Source: the human T2T-CHM13v2.0 reference genome, Homo sapiens
DNA length: 64,000 nucleotides
Direction: 5' to 3' (one strand)
NCBI RefSeq assembly: GCF_009914755.1
Contig: NC_060925.1
Below are positions 11,020 through 25,118 of the stretch, piece after piece. The first letter of the stretch is position 1; each line of letters begins with the position of its first letter. Both the position numbers and the translations under genes were made by a program. A model generated the notes under the pieces. That model was not told the origin of the DNA and ran no database searches. It was given only the letters and a program-made list of their open reading frames with translations.

Positions 11020-14000
11020 GAGCAACTAAAAACATAAAACAAACATTGACAGTTCTGAGGGGAGAAATATACAGCAATGTAATAGTAAGAGACTTTAGTA
11101 CTCACAATAATGAAGAGATTATCCAGGCAGTTATTCAATAAGATAATAGCAGACATCAACAACTCAATACACCAACGGACCTAACAGATATAAACAGAAC
11201 ATTCTACACAACACCATCAAAATACACATTTGCCTCAAGTATGCATGGAGCATTGACCACAACATGTCACATTCTAGGTCACAAAACAAGTCTTAATGAA
11301 TTCCAGAAGAATAAAATTATAACGAGCATCTTTTCTGATTATTATAGAATTAACCTAGATATAAATAACAAATAAACAACTGGAAAACTGACATATATGT
11401 GAAAATTTAAAAACATGCTTCTGTATAGCCAATGGATCAAAGAAGAAATTAAAAGGGTAATTAAAAAAATGAGACAAATGAAAATGAAACCACAATATAC
11501 TAAAATGTATGAGATACAGCAAAAGGAGTTCTAAGAGGAAAATTTATAGTTATAAGCATTTACCTTAAAAAAGAAAGCTCTCGAGTAAACAACCAAATGC
11601 CTCAGGGAACTGAAAAAAAGAAAAACAAAGGCCAAACCTACAAAGACTGAATTAAGAAGAAACAGAACACCCGAAAAAAACAAATGACAAACAAGGAGAT
11701 TAAATCAGTCATCAAGAAACTTCCAACAACAACAACAAAATGCCAAAAACCTGATCACTTCAAGGGTGAATTCTACCAAACATTTATGGAATAATTGACT
11801 CCAATTTTTCACAAATTATTTCAAAAAAATCAAAGAGGAGGGAACACTTTCACACTCTTTTTATATGAAGTCAGCAATACCCTGATAGTAAGGCTGCACA
11901 AGAACACTACAAGAAAAAAATATATATAGGCCAATATACTTTATGAGCATATGTGAAAAAAATCCTCAACACTAGGAAACCAAATACAATGGCACATTAA
12001 GAGGATTATACGCTATGATAAAGTAGGATCTATCCTTGAGATATAAGAATCATTCAACATATGAAAATCAGCCAATCTGATACATAATGTATGTTAGCAG
12101 AATGAAGGACAAGAAACATATGATCATCTCAATCAGTGCAAAAAAAAGCATTTGACAAAATTCAACATCCTTTCATGGTAAAACTTATAGACAAATTAGA
12201 TAAAGAAGTAATGTACCTCAACACAATAAAGGCCAATTATCACAAGTACATAGCTAACATCACACTCAATGATAAAAAGTTGAAAGTGTTTCCTCTAAAA
12301 TTAGGAACAAGACAAGGATGCCCATTCTTACCACTTCTATTCAGCATAGTGACAGAAGTCCTAGCCAGAGCAATCAGGCAAGAGAGAGAAGTAAAGGCAT
12401 CTGAATAAGAGAAGAAGAAATCAAATTATCTCTCTTTGCTGATGATATGATTCTATACTTAGAAAATTCTAGAGACTATGTCAAAATGCTACTAAAACTG
12501 ATAAAATATTTTAGTAAGCTTTCAGGGTACAAAATTAACATACAAAAATTAATAGCATTTCTATACACCAATAATACCCAGGCTGAGAGTCAAATCAAGA
12601 ACACAATCCCATTTACAATAGCCACAAAGAAAAGGAAATATCTGGGAATACAGCTAACCAGGGAGGTGAAAAATCTCTACAAGAACTACAAAGCACTGCT
12701 GAAAGAAATCAGAGATGACAGAAATAAATGAAAAAATATTTCATGCTCATGGATTGGAAGAATCAATATTGTTAAAATGACTATACTGCCCAAAGCAATT
12801 TACAGAGTTAATGCTACTCCTATTAAGCTACCAATGTCATTCTTCACAGAATTAGAAAATGCCTATTTTAAAATTTATATGGAACCAAAAAAGAGCCCAA
12901 ATAGCCAAAGCAATCCTAAGCAAAAAGAACAAAATTGGAGGCATTACATTACCCAACTTCAAACTCTACTATAAGACTACAGTAATCAAAACTGCATGGT
13001 ACTGGTGCAAAAACAGACACAGACCAATGGAGGAGAATAGAAAATTCTGAAATAAAGCTGAACACTTATAACCATCTGATATTTGACAAGGTGGACAAAA
13101 ACAAACAAGAGGGAAAGGACTCTCTGTTCAGTAAGTGAACTCCCTATTCAGTAAATTCAGTAACTGACCAGCCATATGCAGAACAATGAAACTAGACACT
13201 TACCTTTCAACATGTATAAATTAACTCAAAATGGATTAAAGATTTCAGTGTAAGACCTCAAACTACAAAAATCCTGGAAGAAAACCCAGGAAATACCCCT
13301 CTTAACATCCACCTTGAATAAATTTTTTAGTTAAGTTCCTAAACGCAATTGCAACAAAAACATAAAATGATAAGTAGGATCTAATTAAACTAAAGAGGTT
13401 CTATGCAGCAAAAGAAACTGTCAACAGGGTAAACAGAGAATCTACAAAATGGGAGAAAATATTCACAAACTATGCATCTGACAAAGGTCTAATATCCAGA
13501 ATCTATAAGGAACTTAAAATAACAAGCAAAAAACAACAAACTCCATTAAAAATGGGCAAAGGACATGAATAGTCACTTATCAAAAGAAGACATACGAGTA
13601 GCCAACAAACATATGAAATAATGCTCATCATCACTGTTTATCAGAGAAATGCAAATTAAAACTACAATGAGATACTATCTCACACCAATCAGAATGATGA
13701 TTATTAAAAAGCCAAAAAGCAACAGAGACTGGCAAAGCTGAGGAGAAAAGAGAATGCTTATAGAGTGGTGGTGGGAATGTAAATTAGTTCAACCACTGTG
13801 GAAAGCAGTTTGGAGATTTCTCAAATAACTTAAAACACAACTACCATTCAACCCAACAATTTCATTACTGGGTATATACTCAAAGGGAAATAAGATCATT
13901 ATACCAAAAAGACATGTGCACTTGTATGTTCATTGCCACGCTATTTACAATAGCAAGGACGTGGAATCAACTTAGATTCCCATCAGTTGTGGACTGAATA

Positions 14001-14290
14001 AAGAAAATATAGTACATATACACCATGCAGTATTATGAAGCCATAAAAAAGAATGAGACCATGTCCTCTGAAGCAACATGGATGGAGCTGGAGGCCATTA
14101 TCCTAAGCAAATTAAGGCAGGAACGGAAAACCAAATATTGCATGTTCTCACTTATAAATGGGAGCTAAGCAGGGAGTACACATGGACATAAAAATGGAAA
14201 TAATAGACACTGTGGAGTACTAAAGAGGGAGAGAGAGGGGAGGATGTGGATTGAAAAACTATTAGTTGGGTACTATGCTCACTACCTCAC
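11020..14290 (+). mobile_element. Degenerate L1 ORF2 and 3'UTR (composite L1MA/L1PB-like)
   Basis: ORF fragments 12136-13050 translate to L1 RT ([18 protein letters not shown]); 3'UTR at ~14100-14290. Confidence 0.9.
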
Positions 14291-14329
14291 AACGGCAGCA
14301 ACAAATAAACTATAGCTAATTAATGTTGA

Positions 14330-16270
14330 TGAAAGACTACCTTCTCGCCGTTTAGGATCAGCAGCAACAAAAAAAGGTGGATGATCACTTCACTTCTATC
14401 CTACCATGTAGCTGAGGTTCTTATCTAGTATAACAATAAATAAAATAAAAAAAGATTAGAAAAGAATTGTTTGTCTATAAACTCTATTCATATATGTTAA
14501 TTATCTGCAAAAAATTATAACAAATAAAATAAGAAAACTACTAAAGTAAAATTAATCAAGATAGAAAGTGAGATCAGTATATAAATCCAACTTATATGCA
14601 TTTGCAACAGCCAGAAATGAACTTTAAAAAATAAAATATGCTACTGAAACTAATAAATACAAAATATTTAGAAATAAATATAATAAGAGATATGCAAGTC
14701 CTTTATATTGAAAACAACAAAACACTACTGACATTAGAAATATAAATAAGTGGATCATGTTTGTCGGCTAAAAGATTCAAAAGGTTTTAGATGTGCATTT
14801 TCCTCAAATTGATCTATAAATTCAAGGAAATCCTAGTCACAATCACAAAAGGCTTTTTGGTACAAATTGACAGGCTGAATATGAAATGTATATGAAAATG
14901 CAAGGGATCTAGAATAGCCAAAGCAACTTCAAAACATAAACACAAAACTGGATAATTTGTACTCACTGATTTCATGACTTATTATAAAGCTATAAAGATA
15001 AAGGCACTGTGATAATAGCAGAAATAAAAACATATTGGTCATTAAAATAGAACAGAGAGTCCAGAAATGGATGATTCATAAATGATCAATTGGTGTTTTA
15101 TGAAATAGCCACTGGAATTTAATAGCAGTAAGATAGTCTTTTCAAAAAATGGTGCTGAAAACATAATGAGCATTGACTTGAACTTCATCCCACACAGAAA
15201 AATATTAATTGAAGTGAGATAATAGATTAAACATGAAACCCAGAACTATAATTCAGTATTAACACAGAGGAGAAAATCTGCGTGAACCTGGGATAGACTA
15301 CAATTTTTAACATGTAAATAACAGTAAATGGAAAAGAAAAGTTAATGACTTGGATGTCATCAAAATTTAAAATGTCAGTTCTTCAAAAGACATATTTAAG
15401 AAAAGAAAACAACAAACTCCAAACTGGAATTAACTATTCTCAACACATATTTGACAAAAAATTTGTAACTAGCATATGCAAAGGATTCTTAGAATCCTTC
15501 AATTCTATCAATGCTTCAACGAAAAGGCAGCAAACAACTCAATGTAAAATGACACAATATATGAACATTCTACAGAAGATGCGCGGATTATAAATAAGCA
15601 CATGAAAATTGTTTAGAATCTTTAGTTATCAGGGAAATGCAGATGAAAATCATAAAGAGATACAACTTCTTACAGGAATGGCTGAAATTATAAAGGTATA
15701 GTGAATATAACAAGTGTTAGTTAGCAAAAACATGGAGCAATGGAAATGCTCATATTTTTCTCTTGGTAATTGTCAAATACTACAACTACTTTATAAAATA
15801 GTTTTCTTAAAATTTTAAACAAACACTCGTAATATCATCAAGCATTCCACTCTTAGATAACCCAGAGGGGGGGAAAAATGTATACACTGACCAGTTTTGT
15901 GTGGTGGTATGTGTCTCTAATCCCAGCTCCTTGGAAATCAGGTGGGAGAACTTGAGCCCAGTAGTTGGAATCCAGCCTGGACAACACAGCCAGACTTTGT
16001 CTCTTAAAAATAAAATTAAAATTTGGATTTAAAAAAGCACACACATTTACCATGATCTTGAACAGGAACGTTCATAGCAATTTTATTTGTAATAGCCAAA
16101 AGCGAAAAAGTAAAACCAAAGAGAATAAACTGTAATATATTCATACTATGGAATGCTACTCAACAATATAAAAGAATAAATCTGTCATATATATTATGAC
16201 ACAGATAAATCTCAGATTTTATTGAGAGAAAAGGCCAGGAACATGAAACTATGTGTTAATTTTTAAAACA
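14330..16270 (+). mobile_element. Older L1M ORF2/3' fragments
   Basis: Highly decayed ORF2-like A-rich sequence, interrupted by a FLAM. Confidence 0.7.
15893..16020 (+). mobile_element. Alu monomer (FLAM-like)
   Basis: TAATCCCAGC...TTGAGCCCAG...CCAGCCTGGACAACA with A tail. Confidence 0.75.
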
Positions 16271-17390
16271 AAATAAAAAGAGTTTCTGGTTTCATTGATT
16301 TCTCTCTTGGCTTTTCCCAAATTTTTGTGTTCTTCATTATCTCCGTCTTTTCATTGACTATGAGTTCAGTTTCCTAGAGTTCTTTTTATTTATCTGTTTT
16401 TTGTTTTGTTTTTTAGATTTCTAAGGAAGAAGCTTATTTATTTTAAACCTCATATTTTTAATAGAAGTATTTGAAGCTATAATTCTCTCTGAACACTGAA
16501 TTAGCTAATCTCACAGTGTTTGAAATGTATTTTTATTATTATTTAGTAAAAATATTTCCTAATTTCCCCTCATGGTTTATTTTATGAAGTATTTAGAAGT
16601 GTATTAATTTCTAAATATTTATAGATACATTAAATATATTTTTGCTATTGTTGTTTAATTTTATACTGATCAGAGAACATACTTTGTATAATTTTTTTGT
16701 TTCTAAATTTATTGCTTTTTCTTATTAACCAGAATATCACCTATCTTGGTGAATGATTTGTGTGCAATTGAAAAGCATATTTCTGTAGTTGTTGGTGGAA
16801 GTGATATTAAACACCAATTAGGTGAAGTTGGCTGGTATCATTATTTAATTCTATAATGACTGTATATTTATCTACTTGTTTTATCAATTACTGATAGATT
16901 TATTGAAATTTCTAACTATAATTGTAGTTTTATATATTTTTTAAATTTCTGCAGATTTTCCTTCTGTTTTAAGCTTGTGTTTTAAACTCATTTGTTATAG
17001 CTCTTTGATGACTTCAACCTTTCTAATTATAAATTGTACCTTATAAATCCTTGATAATATAGTCCTTGCTTGGAAGTCTACTTTTTCTGATATTCATCCA
17101 GTCATTTCAGCTTTATCATTATTTGAACTGGTGTGGTAAATATTTTACATCTTCTTATTTTTAACCTGTGTCTTTACATTTTATTTGAGTATCTGGTAAA
17201 TGGCAAGTATGTGGGTCTTGCTGTTTTATCTGTTCTAAAAGCATTTGCATTTTAATTGGAATGCTTAGGTTATTTATATTGAATAAAATTTTTAATGTGT
17301 TTGGGTTTAATGCTACCATCTTGCTACCATTTATTTTCTATTTATCTGTCCTGTACTTTTTCCTACTACTACTATTACTGTCTTTTAGTA

Positions 17391-17696
17391 CAGATGGTCC
17401 TCAAATTATGTTCTTTTACTTGTGATTTTTCAACTGTACCTAGGTGGAAAAGGGATATGCATTCAGTAGAAGCTGAATTTTGAAACTTAATATTTTCCTG
17501 GACTAGTGATATATACTATGATATTATCTCACAATGCTGGGAAGTGACTCAAAGCACAGTTTCTAGTCAGCCATAAGATCACAAAAGTACACAACTGATA
17601 CTATACAGTGTACTAAGTAAAATTTTGATTTATGATAGTTTCAACTCACAGTGGGTTTATCAAGATATAACCCCATTATAAGTTGAGCAGCATCTG
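17391..17696 (-). mobile_element. MER47A-like Tigger MITE
   Basis: Terminal inverted repeats CAGATGGTCCTCAA...TTGAGCAGCATCTG flanked by TA. Confidence 0.75.
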
Positions 17697-18291
17697 TATT
17701 CCATTTTATCTAAGCTATTGGCTTAATAGCTATATGAGTTATATTTTTAATCTTTTGCTCTAGGATCTATAATGTACATCTTTAACTTATTTCAATATAC
17801 TTTCAAATGTTACCACTTCACATAAATGTATGAACTTTATAACATTGTTCTTCTATTTCCTTACTTGTGTTGTTTGTGTTCTTTTTGTAATGTATTTTAC
17901 TCCAGCTTATTTTATAAACATAATAATATAGAGTTATTTGCTTTAAACATTTTATTACTTTTAGAGTATATATATATACATATATATATAAATGGAGAAC
18001 ATGTCTTCCCTATGTATTCATATATCATTTATTTCTATAATTTTTTATTACTTTGTGTATATTCAAATTTCTATCCGATATCATGTTCCTTCTGCCTAGA
18101 GACCTTCCATTAACATTTTAATGTATCTATTTTCAAGTGAAAAATATTCTTAAATCTTGTTGGTCTAAAAACATCCTTATCTTACCTGCATTTTTGAAAC
18201 ATATTTTTAATGTATATAGAAATCTAATTATGTATTTTTCTTTCAGTACTTTAAGTATGTTATTTCCTTATCTTATGGTTTTGTGTAGTTT

Positions 18292-18840
18292 CGTCAGAGG
18301 CATTTGAATAAGAGCAACTCCATCTTGGATAGGGGCTGGGTAAAACAAGGCTGAGACCTACTGGACAGCATTTCTAGGAGTTTAAGGCATTCTTAGTCAC
18401 AGGATGATATTGGAGGTTGGCACAAGATACGGGTCATAAAGACCTTGCTGATAAAGCAGGTTGCAGTAAAGAAGCCAACCAAAACCCACCCAAACCAAGA
18501 TGGTGATGAGAGTAACCTCTGGTTGTCTTCACTGTTACACTGCTACCTGTGCCATGACAGTTTACAAATGACATGGCAACATCAGGAGGTTACCCTATAT
18601 GGTCTAAAAAGGGGAGGCATGAAGAATCCACCCCTTGTTTAGCGTATAATCAAGAAATAACCATAAAAATGGGCAACCAGAAGCCCTCAGGGCTGCTCTG
18701 CCTATACAGTACCCATTCTTTATTCCTTTACTTTCTTAATAAACTTGCTTTCACTTGACTGTATGGTCTTGCCCTGAATTATTTTGTGAGTTCCAAGTAC
18801 CTTCTCTTAGAGTCTGGATCAGAACCCCTTTCCAGTATGA
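18292..18840 (+). mobile_element. MER41 solo LTR (MER41A type)
   Basis: GTCAGAGGCATTTGAA...AGCAACTCCATCTTG...AATAAACTTGCTTTCAC...; 4-bp TSD GTTT; lacks the MER41B GAS-bearing segment after AAAAAGGGGAGG (18617). Confidence 0.88.
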
Positions 18841-19920
18841 GTTTCTGATAAGAAATGTGTGCTCCTTCTTATTTTTGATCCCCTGTACAGATTGTGCCTC
18901 TTTTCTTCTAGTTCTTTTAAGACTTTCTACTTATCACTATTTCAGCAATTTAATAATAATCTGCCTCAATGTGTTTTTCTTTGTGTCTAATTTGTTTGTG
19001 GTTTTTTGGATTCTTTGTGTGAGCTCTGGATTTATACTTTTTATTAAAATTGTATTTCAGTTCTGGTTTCTAGCCTAACACAGAAGGAACTTAGAAATTA
19101 TCATCTACAGAAGATAGCTTTAAAAAATTGAAAAATTAACAATTATTTTTAGATTCATGAAAGAATTGAGATCACAGGAAAGATACACTGCCCCAAAAAT
19201 TCTGAGTCACATGCAAGCAGATATGGAGAATCAGAATTATGAGAGCACAGACTTACATGAAGAAATCTCAATGGCAACCTGTATCAGGATAAGAAAACCT
19301 TAACTGTAATTGATTAATTGCTGGATGTTCAGTGTGGAGAATTTTGAGGATTTGCATCACAACAGTGCCCTTCTTAGGAAAACCCCACACTTTTGTGAGC
19401 TTTACCTTGAAGAGCCTAACAGGTTCTCACTATGATAACCAGAAACAAAGTCCTTGAGTGATTCTGTCAGGGAGAGGGGGAAAGTAGCCAGTTTGAAATA
19501 TTTCCAGAGCACTCTGTTCTCTGTAACAAGACCTGTCCTCAAAAGACTATTTCACCAGCCCCCTAACCAACTGAGATTTTGCCACAGCCTGATATGGTGG
19601 AAGGGAAATACCTAACTCCTACCCTCTCTAGCTGTCCTGTTACACCTAAGTTTGGGGGAAGGGAACTGAGAAGCACTTGTGAAGGTCAGGGCCCAGGGAC
19701 ACAAGCTTCCTAAAAGACTGAAACTTAATCATATGTCTATAGAACACTTCTCTTCCTCCCACCCCTTACACTACATCAATAGAGTTCCTATATAATAACA
19801 GGGCAATACAAATAAAAGATATACATATATCAGAAATTATTTAAGCAGTCTCTACACAACCTCACAGATAACTGGGGAAACAAACATAAGGGTTCCAGAA
19901 GAATTTTTAGCCTCTAACAC

Positions 19921-20632
19921 TGATAGCAGCAGGAGTCAGACATATGCCTAAGCAGATAGGGGTGTGTCCCTGGTGAAACACCACCTTCAAGCGGAAGATA
20001 GTTGAAAGCCAAGCTACAAGTCCCAGGTAAATCCATGAACCAGATTAAGAACCCCTCTTCCCATTTGGCACACGTTCCTCTGACTGATCCTCACTGGTCA
20101 CCTATGTTACATATACTTACCCTTCCCTAATTGCTTTGTACACTGTTGTGTTCACTATTGAGTGATGTCTTTGTTTTAGCCTTTTTTGCATATTCACAAA
20201 CCAATCAGCACATACTCACCTATTCTGAACCCATAACAGCCCCAGACTCAGCCACACTGGGGGAGAAACCACTCAATTCTGGACGGTTGACCATTCTCAC
20301 ATCCCTTCTCCACTGAGAGCTGATTTGTCGCTCAATAAAATTATTCTCTGCCCTCCTCACCCTTCAATTGTTAGTATATCTTCATTCTTTTTGGATGTGA
20401 GACAAGAACTTGGGAACTACTGAATGTGGGTACAAGCTATTACACAGGTGGGCTGGGGGATACACCTGGCCCAGCCACCTGAGCCAGTGCACAAGCCAGG
20501 TGAAGCCCAGGCAGGCCAAGTGTGCAGGCTGTCTCCTGTAGCAGGTAGCATGGTCAAGCAAGGTCCAGGCAGGGGGACATCACTAGCCAAAGATCCCCAT
20601 CTTACAAAGTAACTGAGAAAAATCCTGTGTCT
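19921..20632 (+). mobile_element. ERV1 solo LTR (LTR27/LTR28/MER50 group)
   Basis: TGATAGCAGCAGGAG...GAAACACCACCTTCAAGC...AATAAAATT...AAATCCTGTGTC; 4-bp TSD ACAC. Confidence 0.75.
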
Positions 20633-21723
20633 ACACCTACAGCTCCAGCAAAGAGTAAACAAAGCCTAACACCTAGCCAGAAAAACATGAAACCTCAGTT
20701 ATTTTTAACCAGTACTTGCTGTCCTGTTTTCCAAAAATCATAAGGCATACAAAAAGACAAAAGACACAACCCAAAGTGATAGAGAGGGCATGCATCAGAA
20801 CCAGACTCAGAAATGGCAGTGATGTTGAAATTGTCCATCTAGGGATTTAAAACCACGCTGATTAATATGCTAGGGAATTTAATCTTAAAAGTGTACAACA
20901 TGCAAGAACAGCTGTGTAATGTATGAAGAGAAATGAAAACTTTAAGATAAAATCAAGATGAAATTCTGGAAATAAAAAATGCTATAGAAAAAATGAAGAG
21001 TGTATTAGTTGGACCCATCAACAGTTAGGCATTGCTGAGAAAAGAATGAGTGAAATGTCAGTAGAAGCTTCCAAAATTGAAATAGAAAGAGAAAAAGAAT
21101 TAAGAAGGAAATATCCTGAACTGTAGAATATTTAAAGACATAATGTATGTATAATAAGCATACAAGAAGAACAAAAAATGAGAAAGAAAAATAAATAGTT
21201 GAAGTAATATTGACTGAATTTTTTCCTCAAATTAATGATAGACACCCAACCACAAACCCAGGAATCTCAGAGAACCAAACAGAATAAATAAAAATGACAT
21301 CCACACATATACAGATTGGAGAAAATCAAAGATAAAGAGAGACTCTTGAAAGAAGTCAGAAGAATAAAATACTCTCATTATAGAAGAGCAAGGATAATAA
21401 TAATATCAGACTGCATTTCAGAAACCATGCAAGATTGTTAAAATTCAACAACCAGAAAACAGTTCAAATTATAAAAGATTTGAACAGACAATTCCTCAAG
21501 TAAGATATACGGATGTAAACTAAGCACATTAAAAGATCTTCAACATCATATGTCATTAGAGAATTACAAATTAAAACAAAATGATCCCACCACACCTATT
21601 AGAATGGCTATAATCCAAAATGCTGACAATAGCAAATGCTGATGTAGATTTGGAGCAATAGGAAACCTCAATCACTACTGACAATGAAATTTGAGACAGC
21701 CACTTCAAAAGACATTTTGGTAG

Positions 21724-22046
<323 letters not shown>

Positions 22047-22602
22047 CTAAAACTAAAAAAATTCTTACCACACAATCCAGTAATCATGTTCTTTGATACT
22101 AACCCAGAGTTGAAAACTTATGTCTACACAAAAACGTGTATACAAATGTTTCTTGCTGTCAAAACTTGGAAGCACCAACATGTCCTGTAATAGACAAATG
22201 AATAAACAAATTTGGTACATCCATACAATGGAATATTATTTAATAATAAAAAGTAATGAGCTATCAAACCATGAAGATACATGAAGGAATATTAAATGTA
22301 TATTGATAAGTGAAAGAAAATAATATAAAAAGGCTACATACTGTTTGACTCCAACTACTATATGTTATTTTGGAAAAGGCAAAGCTGAGAAGACAGTAAA
22401 AAGACCAGTGGTTGCCAGGAGTTCAGGAAGAGGAAAGAGGAATGAAAAAGTGGTGCCAAGAGGATTTTAGGATACAACTATTTTAATTGATACTATAATG
22501 GTGGACACATGTCCTTATACATTTTTCAAAAGCCATAGAATGCACAACCTCAGAGTGAATTCTAATGTAAACTATGCTCTTTAGCCAGTAAAACTATATC
22601 AA

Positions 22603-22880
22603 GCCAGGTGTGGTGTCTCACGCCTATAATCCCAGCACTTTGGGAGGCCACAGGGGAGGAATTACTTGAGTCCAGGAATTTGAGACCAGCCTGGGCAACA
22701 TAGCAATACCCCTACTCTACAAAAATTTTAAAAATTTGCCAAGTGTGGTGGTGTACTCCTGTAGTCCTAGATACTTGGGAGGCTGAGGCAAGAGGATCAC
22801 TTGAGGCCAGGAGTTTGAGGCTGCAGTGAGTTGTGATTGCTCCACTGCACCCCAGCCTGAGTGACTGTGAGACCCCATTC
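22603..22880 (+). mobile_element. AluJ
   Basis: Diverged dimer with GAGTTTGAGGCTGCAGTGAG. Confidence 0.88.
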
Positions 22881-23774
22881 CCTTGCTCAATTATAATAAG
22901 TGTACCACACTAATGCAAAATAATAATAGGAAATATTGAAGGTAATAGGTTAATGGGAACTCTCTGCTCTTTCCTCTAATTTTTCTGTAAACCTAAAACT
23001 GCTCTTGCCAATTAGTTTGATCCTTTTGGATCTCATTTTTAGGCTCATTTTAGGGTAGGTAAAAATTAGCCTTGATTCTAGAGCTAATATATTCTCTTGT
23101 TTAAGTCTTAACCAAATGAGTGACCAAGGTCTCTACCACATGCTCTGTATTCAGTAAAGCCTATCCAGTTTGGCTAGAGAGAAATCAAACAATCCTTGGC
23201 TCTATATGAGCTCTGGGAATTCTTCAACTTACAACTGCCTAATAACGGTACTTTCTCCAGAAGTTTTTCTTTGGCCATCTTGAGGGGTTTCTACAAGGAA
23301 TACACAGAGTGTTACTAAGCCAAAGGCTGAAGAACAACAAGAGATTTCTGTTTGTTTTATTGTTGTTGTTCTTGTTTATTTGCTTGTTCGTTTTCTGCCT
23401 AGCTTATTTATCTGTAGTGCTCTGCTCTGTAAATTCTGCCTAAACTTTGATCTCTTGATGCTCTGCAGCAGGACTACCAAGTTCTGCCTGGGTTCCCACT
23501 CCATTCACCAAAATCTTAAAATCGACTGCAAAAAGGTGAGACCATCGTAAGTCTCACCTTAATTGTTTTCCTTCTCTCGTGTATCCCAGCCTTATATTAT
23601 CTGTTTTCCAAATGTTGTTACAAAAGAACAAGATAAAATTATGCTATCATTGTTTCTTTATAATAAATTATCTACATAAAATAAGTAGTTCAATTTCTCT
23701 AACTAAAAGTATCAAAATCTAAGAACATTGATGGGACAAGTCTCAGAATTGTTCCATCATTTCGGTCTCCCTAC

Positions 23775-24049
23775 AGCATAGTACAGTATGAGGATCACCA
23801 CTAGCAAAGTTTTTAAGTGAGCCAAGCCAATGCCATTTTTTATTGTTACCTTTCAAAATACTTTTTTTATTGTTATCTTTCAAAATACTTCCACTTTCTT
23901 AGCCTTTCACAATATTATAACATCCTTCAGTTCAGTCTTTAGATGGTTGTAATGATTTACCATTCCATTTGCACAAAACAAACAGCTATTCCTACATTTC
24001 TTGAAAAAAAAGTCAAGGTCTAGATTACTGTGGAAGAAATTCTAGTGAT
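23775..24049 (+). other. PYHIN-type non-coding first exon homolog (probable exon 1 of the pseudogene)
   Basis: Clear homology to 63440-63685 within the window. Resembles my recollection of the IFI16/MNDA 5'UTRs (AAGTGA..CA..CCAA.GCC.TTTTT..TTGTTA.CTTT...TTTCTTAGC...ACATCCT...ACTGTGGAAGAA). Donor-like GAT|GTGACA at 24050. Confidence 0.6.
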
Positions 24050-24167
24050 GTGACACCTGTAGGGATTTGTAGAGAAAGATTTGGGAACTCCTTTGTTAAC
24101 CACAAAATTACAGAAGAATTTTCTCCTAACTTGGGTGTTTTCTTTCCTCCATTTTTCTTTAATGCAT

Positions 24168-24449
24168 TTTTTTTTGAGACAGAGTCTTGCTCTGTTGCCC
24201 AGGCACAGAGTTTGTGCAGTGGCACAAACTCAGCTGCCTCTAGGCTCAAGTGATTCTCATGCCTCAGCTTCCTGAGTAGCTTGGATTACAAGTGCGCACC
24301 ACCATGCCTGGCTAATTTTTGTATTTTTAGTGAAGATGAGGTTTCACTATGTTGGTCAGGCTGGTCTCAAACTCCTGGCCTCAGGTTGATCCACCCACCT
24401 CGGCCTCCCAGAGTGCTGGGATTACAGGTGTGAGCCACCTTGCCTGGCC
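24168..24449 (-). mobile_element. AluS-type element
   Basis: Dimer; TSD CTTTAATGCAT. Confidence 0.9.
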
Positions 24450-25118
24450 CTTTAATGCATCCTTTAGGGCTCAAACCTCAAAAGAACATTTTATCTGTTC
24501 TATCTAAAAATAACACTACTAATTACTTACTCAAATTAATATACTGAGAATTCACAACAATTAATCTTTTGCTTCCACAAGAGATACTTTATCAATGTAA
24601 GATCTGCCTTGTGTTGTTCTGTGGGAAGCAGAGAGAGAGTAGTGTCCGTAACAAGAAGCAGTTAGGTTCATTGTTTGCTGCTAAAGCCTCTTTTATATTT
24701 CTTGCCCTTACTCACTAATCTACTAAAATTTCTTCAGCACATCATTCTCTTGTCTTCTTAAAGGTTTTCATCTTGCTTCTTCTACCTGAAAACCTCCTAA
24801 TTTGGTCAAACCCATCCATTTTCTGGGTCTCAGTGTTTGTGTTAATGTCTCCTTAGGAAATCCTGCCTTTGATCTTTTCTCAGGTTAGTAGAAATCTTGT
24901 TGGTGTTTACTTTTGTAGAAGCTTTTTTTCTTCTGTTTCCATCACTTAAGACACAGTAGTTAATGGATATTTGTCTTTTCAACCAATCTGTAAGTTTCAG
25001 GAGTAGGGGTACCTGGCTGCCTTTTAAATCACTTTATCCCAGTTGCTAGTTCATTATCTGCCTCATAGTAGATTCTGAATAAATACACTTACCAAATAAC
25101 ATAATAAATACCTGAGTG

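Larger units (their letters stand above)
16280..19060 (-). mobile_element. Old L1M antisense fragment (interrupted by MER47 and MER41)
   Basis: T-rich reverse ORF2/ORF1-like sequence. Confidence 0.65.
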
